A stretch of 64,000 nt of DNA from a virus. The DNA lies in IMG/VR virus record IMGVR_UViG_3300031576_000025, positions 1-64,000 of that record. One strand, given 5' to 3'. The position numbers and the translations under genes are program-made. The notes beneath the pieces are model-generated. The model searched no databases. It saw only the letters and a program-made list of their open reading frames with translations, and had not been told where the DNA came from. Positions 39,101-46,771 of this stretch are shown piece by piece; position 1 is the first letter of the stretch; each line of letters begins with the position of its first letter.

Positions 39101-41121
39101 CCGTGGGCAGCGTCCAGTCCGGGGCTTGGGCCGTGTCCGTCAACAACGCGGCCGGGGCTTCCGCCGTCAACGTCCAAGACGGCGGCAACAGCCTGACCAT
39201 TGACGACGGCGGCGGCTCTATCACCGTGGACGGAACCCTGACCGCCACCGTTTCAGGCAGCACCATCGTGGTCCGCAACGGCATCGGGTCCGACGCGGTG
39301 AACGTGCAAGACGGCGGCAACAGCATCACCGTGGACGCCGCAAACCTAGACGTGCGCGACCTGGTATTTTCCACGGACAAAGTGGACGCCAGCGGGTCCA
39401 CCCTGGGGGCCAACAGCGGGGTGGATATCGGGGACGTGACCATCAACAACGCGGCCGGTGCCGCTTCGGTCAATGTCCAAGACGGTGGCAACAGCCTGAC
39501 GGTGGACGCTGCCGACCTTGACATCCGCAACCTTTCCAGCGCCCAGGACAGCGTGGCTGCCACCCAGTCCGGGGCGTGGGCCACGTCGGTCAACAACGCC
39601 GCTGGCGCTTCGGCCGTAAACGTGCAGGACGGCGGGAACAGCTTGACGGTGGACGCTGCGGACTTTGACGTGCGGGACCTTTCGAGCGCGCAGGACACGG
39701 TGGGGTCCGTGCAATCCGGTGCCTGGACCGTGACGGCCAACGCCGGGACGGGCAAGTTCAACACCACGGGAAGCACCGTGAATGTGGCGAACCAGGAAGG
39801 CACGAGCCTTGCCGTGAACGACAACGGCGGCAGCTTGACCGTGGACGGCGCGGTGACCGCCAACGCAGGCAGCGGGACCTTCGCCGTGGACAACGCCGCT
39901 GGCGCGTCCGTTTCTGTGGACGACAACGCGGGCAGCCTGACCACGGACACGCCGCAGCTTCCCGCCTCCCTCACCGGGTCCGGCAACCTGAAGGTTTCCT
40001 TGGCCGAATCCAGCGCGGTGCAGGCGGTGTCCCAGTCCGGCACCTGGAACGTGGGGCTGTCCGCCGGGTCCAACAACGTGGGCACGGTGTCCGGCAGCAC
40101 TATCGTGGTCCGAAACGGCATCGGCGTGGACGCGGTCAACGTGCAGGACGGCGGCAACAGCCTCACCGTGGACGGCACCGTGACCGGAAACCAGGGCACG
40201 GCCGCAGCCCAGTCCGGCCGGTGGCCTATGTTCCTTTCCGACGGGACCAGCGAACGCGGGACCGCCAGCAACCCACTACGCACCGACCCCACCGGGACCA
40301 CGCCGCAGCCTGCAAGCCAGTCCGGCACCTGGGTGCTTGGTTCCAACAGCGGGGTGGATATCGGGGACGTGACCGTGAACAACGGCAGCGGTGCCGGTGC
40401 GGTCAACATCCAAGACGGCGGCAACAGCGTCACGGTGGACGCCGTGGACCTTGACGTTCGGGACCTGGCCTTTGGCAGCGACAGCGTGACCGCGCACCAA
40501 GGCGGCGCGTGGTCCGTGTCGTTGGCTGGCGGCAGCGCCAGCATCGGCAACGTGTCCGGTTCCACTATCGTGGTCCGCAACGGCACCGGCGCTGACGCCG
40601 TGAACATTCAGGACGGCGGCAACAGCCTGACGGTGGACGCCACCAACCTGGACGTTCGGGATTTCGCCTTCGCCACCGACAGGGTGGACACCAGCGGCAG
40701 CACGCTGGGCGCGAACAGCGGCGTGGACATTGGCGACGTGACCGTGAACAACGCCGGTGGCGCGTCCGCGGTCAATATCCAAGACGGCGGGAACAGCCTG
40801 ACCGTGGACACCGCCGGTGGCGCGCTGTCCGTGGAAGGCCAGGGCTATACCGCCCCGGCTATCGGGACGTTCACCGTCACCACCAGCGCGTCGGCAATCT
40901 TCATTGCCAACGCCAGCGCGGTTGGGCGTGAAGTCTGCAACGAAGGTGGGGCGCAAATCCGAATCGGCACGGCCGCCACCCTGACCACGGCCGTGGGCCG
41001 CCTGCTGGACCCTGGGGCCTGCTACGTGCTGGACAGCCTGCACCGCTACTTCCGCGGCGCGCTGTCCGCCATCGCCGTGACGGGCACGGCCAAGGTGACG
41101 ACCACGGAGCTGACGCCGTAA
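36154..41121 (+). CDS. giant beta-strand repeat protein (about 1655 aa) with signal peptide
   Basis: MKKPAAVAVVAGILLAAFGSLWPLRA signal peptide; many VNVQDGGNSLTVD, LDVRDL, QSGAWTVTANAGTG and RLSDG.AFYKATTP repeats. Confidence 0.85.
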   Translation: MKKPAAVAVVAGILLAAFGSLWPLRAEDELARRDGNRTPVMLGVVEGTGEIRMIRTTPDGAVIMSPASGSPSQAVNQGTAGAQEWPVKTKKGTSSMDVSGSTVGVSGSTVTVQTDPAHPINVNVVAGTINAGVSGSTIIVTGSTVNVVNVVSAPLHVNVVSGSISAGVSGSTVHVKNENGGTLAVSANNLDVRDLSFATDKADVTGSAVQVSNAGGVAAVNVQDGGNVLSVDDAGGSLTVDGTVAATQSGAWTVTANAGTGTQATDPVDRAARALGRAFLRDPTNTFNMGSAAAPVRVDTVGVTTAPVSVDSLPLPAGAATESTLSTINGKLPASVAADRTAAGAPSASRLSDGAAFYKATTPSDVQPISATALPLPAGAATSANQATSNGSLSSIDGKLPATVAADRATAGAPSAARLSDGTAFYKATTPSDTQPISAAALPLPAGAATETTAATIAGDTTSLDAKVPSQGQATMAASLPVAIASDQSALPVTQSGAWAVTANAGTGKFNTTGSTVNVTNQEGTSLAVNDAGGALTVDAVNLDTRDLTFAADKVDASGSTLGANNGVDIGNVTVDNTGGAGAVNVQDGGNSLTVDDGGSSLTVDGTVTANAGTGKFNTTGSTVNVANQEGTSLAVNDNGASLTVDASNLDVRDLSSSQDSISAVQSGAWTVTSHQGTAAAQSGRWPMFLSDGTNERGTDTLPLRVDPTGTTTQPVSGTVTSNAGTGTFNVQATAASPAAARLSDGAAFYKATTPADTQPISAAALPLPSGAATAANQSTANGSLASIDGKLPAALTGSGNLKVSLAESTAVQAVSQSGAWTVTANAGTGKFDTTGSTVSIHGSTIQVRNAFGESLNVGDGSGPLTVDGTVAATQSGSWSAAVNNAAGASAVNVQDGGNSLTVDAADLDVRDLTNASDSVTSHQGGAWTVTANAGTGKFNTTGSTVNIANQEGTSLAVNDNGGSLTVDASNLDVRDLSSAQDTVGSVQSGAWAVSVNNAAGASAVNVQDGGNSLTIDDGGGSITVDGTLTATVSGSTIVVRNGIGSDAVNVQDGGNSITVDAANLDVRDLVFSTDKVDASGSTLGANSGVDIGDVTINNAAGAASVNVQDGGNSLTVDAADLDIRNLSSAQDSVAATQSGAWATSVNNAAGASAVNVQDGGNSLTVDAADFDVRDLSSAQDTVGSVQSGAWTVTANAGTGKFNTTGSTVNVANQEGTSLAVNDNGGSLTVDGAVTANAGSGTFAVDNAAGASVSVDDNAGSLTTDTPQLPASLTGSGNLKVSLAESSAVQAVSQSGTWNVGLSAGSNNVGTVSGSTIVVRNGIGVDAVNVQDGGNSLTVDGTVTGNQGTAAAQSGRWPMFLSDGTSERGTASNPLRTDPTGTTPQPASQSGTWVLGSNSGVDIGDVTVNNGSGAGAVNIQDGGNSVTVDAVDLDVRDLAFGSDSVTAHQGGAWSVSLAGGSASIGNVSGSTIVVRNGTGADAVNIQDGGNSLTVDATNLDVRDFAFATDRVDTSGSTLGANSGVDIGDVTVNNAGGASAVNIQDGGNSLTVDTAGGALSVEGQGYTAPAIGTFTVTTSASAIFIANASAVGREVCNEGGAQIRIGTAATLTTAVGRLLDPGACYVLDSLHRYFRGALSAIAVTGTAKVTTTELTP

Positions 41122-41144
41122 CGGGCGCTGATATGGGGGACACT

Positions 41145-41675
41145 ATGCGGCGTTACTTCATGCTGGCAGTCCTGGCCCTGACGTGCGCGGGGCAGGCGTG
41201 GGCGCTTGGCGGGCGCGCCAATCCTACGGACCTTGCGGACACGGCCTACAAGGCGGTGTCCGAGGCCGTCACCAACAGCAACACCCTACAGGATGACAAT
41301 GACCTGGTGGTGAACTTGGTGGCGTACAGCACCTACACGGTGGAAGGGCTCATCCTGTCAACCGCCGCGGCGGCGCAGCCCGATTTGAAAATATCCTTTG
41401 CCGTCCCGGCCGGGTCCACCATGTCCATCGCATACTTTGGGCCAGCCACCAATGACGGCACATTCCGCGGGGCCGTTCTCGTTGACAGCGGTGTTGCATC
41501 GGCAGAAATCCCGGCCACTGGCGGCTTCACCAGCGCGATGAATATCACCGGAACGGTGGTGACTGGGGCCAACAACGGGACCCTTACGCTGCGTTGGGCC
41601 CAGCAGACCGCTGACCTAAGCAGCACGTTCGTGCATGGCGGCAGCTACCTGCGGGTGGCGCGGAGGTTCCCTTGA
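41145..41675 (+). CDS. secreted beta-sandwich protein resembling a phage fibre C-terminal domain
   Basis: MRRYFMLAVLALTCAGQAWA signal peptide; TLQDDNDL...GTLTLRWAQ. Confidence 0.75.
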   Translation: MRRYFMLAVLALTCAGQAWALGGRANPTDLADTAYKAVSEAVTNSNTLQDDNDLVVNLVAYSTYTVEGLILSTAAAAQPDLKISFAVPAGSTMSIAYFGPATNDGTFRGAVLVDSGVASAEIPATGGFTSAMNITGTVVTGANNGTLTLRWAQQTADLSSTFVHGGSYLRVARRFP

Positions 41676-41844
41676 AGAACAACCTACTGGCTGGGGCATT
41701 GCTGGTGTTGCTGGGGACCAGCCTGGCGCTGGCGTGGACGGGCAGGCCCTCTACCTGCGCGCCCCGGACGGGCATTGCGTGACCCCGGCGGTGGACAACC
41801 TGAACGTGGTCACGTGGGGAACCGCGACCTGCCCGGAACCGTAG
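41672..41844 (+). pseudogene. possible frameshifted small secreted protein
   Basis: Signal peptide in the TTG-41672 frame; LYLRAPDGHC...TCP motif in the -1 frame. Confidence 0.35.
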
Positions 41845-41879
41845 GCGCATAGCCGTAAGACGCACAAAAGGGGGGGGCA

Positions 41880-42194
41880 ATGTCGCCAGAGGACCGCGCG
41901 CTGTTTCAGGAACTACGCCATGGGCTTGCAAACCTAGCACCGCTGCCGGGCATGGTGGCGCACCTGGACACCCGCCTAAACGGGGTTGACGCCACGCTGC
42001 GCGGCGTGCAAATCGCCGTGGCGGCCAAAGACGCCGAGCACGCCACGAAGCTGGACCAGCACGCCGGGGCCATTAAGACCTTGGGGGACCGCGTTCGGGA
42101 ACACGTTGGCCAGCACTGGACCTGGCTGCTTGCCACCGTCGGCCTGGTTGCGGCAATCATGGCCGCTGCGAAAATGCTTTCGGGGAAACCTTGA
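41880..42194 (+). CDS. coiled-coil protein with C-terminal TM (holin/XhlA-like)
   Basis: Coiled coil plus one TM helix; upstream of the endolysin. Confidence 0.65.
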   Translation: MSPEDRALFQELRHGLANLAPLPGMVAHLDTRLNGVDATLRGVQIAVAAKDAEHATKLDQHAGAIKTLGDRVREHVGQHWTWLLATVGLVAAIMAAAKMLSGKP

Positions 42195-42221
42195 AGTTCA
42201 GCGCGCCGTCGGCGGTGTCCC

Positions 42222-42536
42222 GTGGCCGCTAACGGGAACGGGCACAGCGACGGCAAGGTGACGGTGGCCGTTGCCGCCGTGGTGCTGCGTGGCAAGCGCC
42301 CGGCGCGGCTGGCGCAATGGCTGAAGATTTACGACCGCGAGGAGGACAGGTTTTTCTGTGTCCGCCCCGATTTCTTGGTGGTGCAAAAGGGCGACCTGGC
42401 CGCCCAGCTACACGCGCAGGTGGACGAATTCGTGGCGGGCATGGAAGCTGGCGGCCTTGCGTACATAGGCAGCCTGTCCTACGAATCCGAAGGTGACAAG
42501 ACGGCCCCGCGGAAGCCGGGGGAAGAAAGCACGTGA
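42222..42536 (+). CDS. hypothetical protein
   Basis: GTGA overlap with the endolysin. Confidence 0.55.
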   Translation: MAANGNGHSDGKVTVAVAAVVLRGKRPARLAQWLKIYDREEDRFFCVRPDFLVVQKGDLAAQLHAQVDEFVAGMEAGGLAYIGSLSYESEGDKTAPRKPGEEST

Positions 42537-43057
42537 CGGACTTCAATCTGTCCAAGCATTTAAAGTTCTACGAATTGACGACGACGGTGCGCGCTGGATT
42601 GCTGGCTGCGAACCGCGAAGGCGGCCTGCTGGTGGTGCCCAAGCTGTCGCTTCTGTGCGTCACCCTGCTGGAACCGTTGCGCCCCGTCGTCAACGCGCCG
42701 GTGTCAGTTTCAAACGGCTACCGCAGCGACGTGCTGAACCGGGCGGTTGGTGGCAGCCAGACCAGCCAGCACTGCAAGGGCGAAGCTGCCGACTGGGTGC
42801 CGGGCGACCTGCGGCGGGACAGGGCGGCCATGTGGTCCAGGTACCAGCTGTGCGCGAACTGGCTGCGGTCCAGCGGGTCCATGTTCGGCCAGTTTATTTT
42901 CGAGGAAAAGTCAGACGACAAGGGGCCGTACTTTTGGTTCCACCTGTCCCTTGGGTTCCCGTTCAGGCCGCTGGTGAAATGCGGGGAACTTATGACGTAC
43001 AATCAGCGGGACAGCTACAGGCTGCTGGAACGCATGGCGTTTCCGGGGTGGGCGTGA
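42533..43057 (+). CDS. endolysin, peptidase M15 family
   Basis: SNGYRS..LNRAVGGS..SQHCKGEAAD...WFHLS. Confidence 0.9.
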   Translation: MTDFNLSKHLKFYELTTTVRAGLLAANREGGLLVVPKLSLLCVTLLEPLRPVVNAPVSVSNGYRSDVLNRAVGGSQTSQHCKGEAADWVPGDLRRDRAAMWSRYQLCANWLRSSGSMFGQFIFEEKSDDKGPYFWFHLSLGFPFRPLVKCGELMTYNQRDSYRLLERMAFPGWA

Positions 43058-43202
43058 GCTTGTGGGCGAAGGCGTGGGGGCTGTTGTCCGGCAAGGGCTT
43101 CCATGTGACGCTGCTGCGCTTTCGTTTCGGCGGCCCGCCGCGCGACCAGCGGCCGGACGCCGTGAAGGGCAGGAACAAGGGCGGAAAGGGGGGGACGAAA
43201 CG

Positions 43203-43865
43203 ATGAACTTGTGCATGGGCTTGGGGCTGGTGCTGGTGGCGTTCGCTGGGCTGGTGACCGGCGGAGGGTGGGCGGTGCTGGCCGCCACGCTGCTGTTGAC
43301 CTTGGCGGCGCTGAACGGCCGCCGTGTCGCTTTCCCGTGGCTGGACCAGCGGCGCGTGCTGTCGTTGGCGTCCGTGACCGTGGCGCTGCTGGCGGCCTTG
43401 GCCGGTCCTGCGCTCGCCTGGTCCCCGCGGGACTACCACGTGGGCCTGCCGCTGGTCTTGCGCACGGACGCCGTGGGCGCGCGCGACCTGCAACGCGGGC
43501 AGTGGTTGTCCGGCGTCGGGGTGGACATGCTGTGGCTGCACCGCGAGGACGAAAAGCAGCCGATTTTCTACCTGTCCGGGCAGCACCTTTACAACGCCAG
43601 CGAGCAGGGTAAGGGCAGCCTGGGCGCGGCCTTCGGGGTCAACACCGGGAAGGCCGGGGAAGTGGTGCAGCGCGGCGCGGAACTGCTGCTGCCCGACCAG
43701 GCCCACCGCCTGAAGTGGCTCACCGCGCTTTCCAACTGGGTGTCCGTCGAAGCGTCCGGCGGGTACCGGGTGTTCGGCACTCCGCAAGGCCAAAGCCCGT
43801 GGGTCTACGCCGTGGGCGGCAAGGTCCGCATCCCCCTGGAACGCCTGTGGGGCGCGGCCTACTGA
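43203..43865 (+). CDS. membrane protein with amphipathic beta-strand C-terminal domain
   Basis: Three N-terminal hydrophobic segments, then alternating beta strands. Confidence 0.65.
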   Translation: MNLCMGLGLVLVAFAGLVTGGGWAVLAATLLLTLAALNGRRVAFPWLDQRRVLSLASVTVALLAALAGPALAWSPRDYHVGLPLVLRTDAVGARDLQRGQWLSGVGVDMLWLHREDEKQPIFYLSGQHLYNASEQGKGSLGAAFGVNTGKAGEVVQRGAELLLPDQAHRLKWLTALSNWVSVEASGGYRVFGTPQGQSPWVYAVGGKVRIPLERLWGAAY

Positions 43866-43866
43866 C

Positions 43867-44088
43867 ATGGGCCTTGTCCCCGACCATATCAGCGTAGGCG
43901 CTGACGCGGCCACGCTGACGGCCGCGCAAGGGCTGGTCACGCGCCTGTGTGGCAGCCTGGACGGGCTGCGTGACGCTGGCCTGAAGCTGGCGGACACCTT
44001 CAAGCAGGGCCGCCTGTGCATCACCGTGGACTGGGACGCCGCCAAGCGGACCCAGCCCGGCAACCCGGCCGCGCCGGGAACGACTTAG
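43867..44088 (+). CDS. hypothetical protein
   Basis: Compact ORF within the lysis operon. Confidence 0.55.
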   Translation: MGLVPDHISVGADAATLTAAQGLVTRLCGSLDGLRDAGLKLADTFKQGRLCITVDWDAAKRTQPGNPAAPGTT

Positions 44089-44098
44089 GGGGGGGCGC

Positions 44099-44338
44099 AT
44101 GAACATCAAGGAATTCCTGGAGTCCAAGAAGGCAAAGGGCTTCATTCTTGGCCTGCTTGGCCTGGGCCTGGCGCATTACGGCGGGTTCAGCCAGGAAGAA
44201 CAGAAGAACATCCTCTACCTCGCCGGGCTTTACCTGGGGTCCCAGGGCGTTGCGGACATGGGGAAGGAAAAGGCCAAGGTGGAAGCCGCAGCCGCCGCGC
44301 CGCAGCCCGGTGCGTCAGGCGCGCCCGGCGACGTGTAG
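44099..44338 (+). CDS. putative holin (two TM)
   Basis: ESKKAKGFILGLLGLGL...LAGLYLGSQGVAD. Confidence 0.7.
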   Translation: MNIKEFLESKKAKGFILGLLGLGLAHYGGFSQEEQKNILYLAGLYLGSQGVADMGKEKAKVEAAAAAPQPGASGAPGDV

Positions 44339-44382
44339 GACCCCGGCCACTGGCCGGGCAGTCACAACAACTGGGGGACGCC

Positions 44383-44541
44383 ATGAAGAAAGCCAGGCGC
44401 ACGACGCACCGCAGCAGCAGCGGCAAGAAGCTGCTGGCCAAGCGGGACAAGTCCGGCAAGTTCAGGGACATCCAGACCTGGAAAGGCAGCAGCAGCCGGG
44501 ACCAGCGCAAGAAGCACACCAAGTCCGACCGGGCGCGGTAG
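44383..44541 (+). CDS. small basic protein (52 aa)
   Basis: GGGGGA RBS; MKKARRTTHRSSSGKKLLAKRDKSGKFRDIQTWK; below the ORF-track cutoff. Confidence 0.7.
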   Translation: MKKARRTTHRSSSGKKLLAKRDKSGKFRDIQTWKGSSSRDQRKKHTKSDRAR

Positions 44542-44563
44542 TCGCTGCAAGACGTGCGCGCGT

Positions 44564-44697
44564 CCCGCCCGGTCAACGGGCGGGGCCCGCAGTGGGCCCC
44601 CGCACCCGAAACACCCTCCAGGCCCTGGGTGCCGGGGTCCACTGCGGGCAGCGGCCCTGCCTGCGGATTCCTCGCCGCAGACGGGGTGCTGCCCGCA
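44564..44697. terminator. cluster of GC hairpins between convergent genes
   Basis: Stems 44564-44584, 44585-44649 and 44643-44697. Confidence 0.55.
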
Positions 44698-44702
44698 ACC
44701 CG

Positions 44703-45581
44703 CTAGGCCCGGAAGCCCGGGTGCGCAGCGGCGCAGGCCGCCGCCAGGTGGGTGACGGAAACCCTGGTGTAACGCTGGGTGGTGGTGATGCTGGCGTGGC
44801 CCAGGTAGCCCTGAATCGTCCGAATGTCGGCCCCGCCTTCCAGCATGTGGGTGGCGGCGCTGTGGCGCAGCTGGTGCGGGTGGACCGGCGCGGACAGCCC
44901 GGCGCGCTGCGCAAGCTGGCGCAGCACCCACCACACCGCCGCCCGGTCCAGGGGCTTGCCCCTGGGCGACAGCATGAGGGCTTCGGCGGCCGGGTAGCGC
45001 GCGGCCCGCGCGGCCATGTAGGCCCGCAGGGCGGCCACGGCACGCGGCCCGACCGGCAGCAGGCGTTCCTTCCCACCCTTCCCCTTGACCAGCACCGTGC
45101 TGTGGTCCAGGTCCACGTTCACCACCAGCAGGCCGCAAAGTTCTGACGCCCGCAGCCCGGCCACGTAAAGGACCAGCAGCAGGGCCTTGTTCCGCAGTTC
45201 AATGAAGCGGGTCCCAAAGGACTGGCCCAGCAGGCGGTCCATGTCCGACTGGTCCAGGGACTTGGGCAGGGGCAGCTTCGGCTGCTGCACGGACAAGCCC
45301 ACCGTTGGGTCAACAGCGGCCAGGCCGCGGGCCAGCAGCCAGCGGTGGTACCCGGTGGCCACGGCGACGTCCAGGGCGACCGTGGCCGGGGCCTTCCCAG
45401 CCGCCTGGCGCACGGTCAGGTAGCCCACCACGTCCGAGTGGGCGGCCGTTTCGGCGGCCTTCCCATGGGCCGCCAGGTGGGCCTGGTAGGCCGTCAGCGC
45501 CCTGCTGTAGGTGTCCAGGGTGGCCGGGGAACGCCCGCCCGCCTTCAGGTCCGCCAGGTACGCCGCCAGGTGCCCGTTCAT
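44703..45581 (-). CDS. XerC/D-type tyrosine recombinase
   Basis: AGLRASEL, KGKGGKER, HPHQLRHSAATHMLEGGADIRTIQGYLGHASITTTQRY. Confidence 0.95.
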   Translation of the reverse strand: MNGHLAAYLADLKAGGRSPATLDTYSRALTAYQAHLAAHGKAAETAAHSDVVGYLTVRQAAGKAPATVALDVAVATGYHRWLLARGLAAVDPTVGLSVQQPKLPLPKSLDQSDMDRLLGQSFGTRFIELRNKALLLVLYVAGLRASELCGLLVVNVDLDHSTVLVKGKGGKERLLPVGPRAVAALRAYMAARAARYPAAEALMLSPRGKPLDRAAVWWVLRQLAQRAGLSAPVHPHQLRHSAATHMLEGGADIRTIQGYLGHASITTTQRYTRVSVTHLAAACAAAHPGFRA

Positions 45582-45778
45582 GCCCGCCCCCCGTGCAGCT
45601 GCGCAGCCGCCGCGTCCACGCACGCCAGGTCAGCCGCGGCAATGGACAGGGCGCGCGCGGGGTCCTTGGCCATGTCCACATGATACTGCCCGCGCAGGTA
45701 GCCGTCCAGGGCCAGCTGCGCGGTGGTGTACGACTGCCTGGCCAGCCTGGTCCGCCGGGTCACGGCAGCACCGTCCAT
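45578..45778 (-). CDS. hypothetical protein
   Basis: ATGA-coupled to the recombinase. Confidence 0.55.
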   Translation of the reverse strand: MDGAAVTRRTRLARQSYTTAQLALDGYLRGQYHVDMAKDPARALSIAAADLACVDAAAAQLHGGRA

Positions 45779-46266
45779 TCGCGGGTGCGCACCACGAACA
45801 ACTGCGCCCGGCCCTTCGGCTTGGTCTGCCGGATTTCCGCCGTCACGTTCCATTCGGGCATGGCGTCCTGAAGCGCGAACGCCCGGGCCTTCACCCAGTC
45901 CCCCGCCTTCAGCGCCGCCGACGCCGAACTGCTGCCGGTGACGGCCTGGGTGGCAATGACCTGGCTGCCGTTGCGCAGCGTCACGGTGTAGGTGGACATG
46001 CCAGCCACCAGTTCGCGGATTTTGGAAGCCATGGCCTCGATGGCCCCCGGGCTGCTGTCGCGGACGTGCGACCAGTCGCCGCCCATTTCTAAGGCCGCCG
46101 ACAGGGTAAGCGGGCCGAAGCCGTCGCCCAAGGAGTAAACTTCCCAGTGCTGCGCCGTCGTCAGGGTCTTGCGGTTGTCGCCGTTGAAGTGCAGGTGGGA
46201 CACCACCAGGTCCCAGTTCTTGTTCGCCGCTTCCAGAAGTTCCGACATCTTCGCTGCGCTGCCCAT
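45760..46266 (-). CDS. hypothetical protein
   Basis: G-run RBS; follows a consensus promoter. Confidence 0.75.
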   Translation of the reverse strand: MGSAAKMSELLEAANKNWDLVVSHLHFNGDNRKTLTTAQHWEVYSLGDGFGPLTLSAALEMGGDWSHVRDSSPGAIEAMASKIRELVAGMSTYTVTLRNGSQVIATQAVTGSSSASAALKAGDWVKARAFALQDAMPEWNVTAEIRQTKPKGRAQLFVVRTREWTVLP

Positions 46267-46309
46267 TTTCGCCCCCCGGCCGGGCCTTGCCCGGCTTGCC
46301 TACACCTTC

Positions 46310-46337
46310 AGTATAGCCTGTTACTGGTAATTGTCAA
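46310..46337 (-). promoter_or_regulatory. sigma70 promoter with operator
   Basis: TTGACA-16-TATACT; inverted copy of 46693-46720. Confidence 0.85.
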
Positions 46338-46406
46338 GACCCAAAAAGGTCCTATGCCGTCCCCGACGGCCCCCGGGCCACGCGGCCCAGGGGCGGGGAC
46401 CGGCGG

Positions 46407-46574
46407 CTACCCGCCCCCCCCTTCCTCCACTTCGGCCCCCGCTTCCAGGCGCGGCTTTTCGTCCGTCGTCGCCCGCATCAGCGCCGACTCAAGCAGCGCG
46501 GCGTCAATCTTCAGGTACGCCGCCAGCGCAACCAGCACCGCCTTGCCTTCCGCTTCCAGCTTCATCTTGTCCAC
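46407..46574 (-). CDS. small hypothetical protein (55 aa)
   Basis: MDKMKLEAEGKAVLVALAAYLKID...; own promoter, hairpin and G-run RBS. Confidence 0.6.
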   Translation of the reverse strand: MDKMKLEAEGKAVLVALAAYLKIDAALLESALMRATTDEKPRLEAGAEVEEGGGG

Positions 46575-46620
46575 TTTCCGACCCCCTGGCCCGACCTTGC
46601 CGGGCCTGCCCTACATGGAA

Positions 46621-46649
46621 AGTATAGACGGATTACTAGCCATTGTCAA
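46621..46649 (-). promoter_or_regulatory. sigma70 promoter with degenerate operator
   Basis: TTGACA-17-TATACT containing GCTAGTAA. Confidence 0.8.
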
Positions 46650-46692
46650 GACCCAGGCCGCCGGTCCATAGGACCTACGCAGAAATTGGGCC

Positions 46693-46720
46693 TTGACAAT
46701 TACCAGTAACAGGCTATACT
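46693..46720 (+). promoter_or_regulatory. sigma70 promoter with operator
   Basis: TTGACA-16-TATACT containing TTACCAGTAA. Confidence 0.85.
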
Positions 46721-46771
46721 TCGGGTATGGAAGCGAACGCCGCGGGCAAGGCCAGCGGAAAGGGGGCGAAC

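Noticed and set aside
38400-40607. 735-aa minus-strand ORF, and other long antisense ORFs such as 14487-16154 and 19002-20975
   Set aside because: Shadow frames of high-GC plus-strand genes that have clear motifs
36154-41121. Diversity-generating retroelement target or ice-nucleation protein
   Set aside because: No reverse transcriptase or adenine-specific TR/VR pair seen; repeats lack the regular AGYGST periodicity
46279-46295. N4-type virion RNA polymerase hairpin promoters
   Set aside because: The hairpins lie downstream of sigma70 promoters, the loop is not the GNA type, and no virion RNAP gene is in the window
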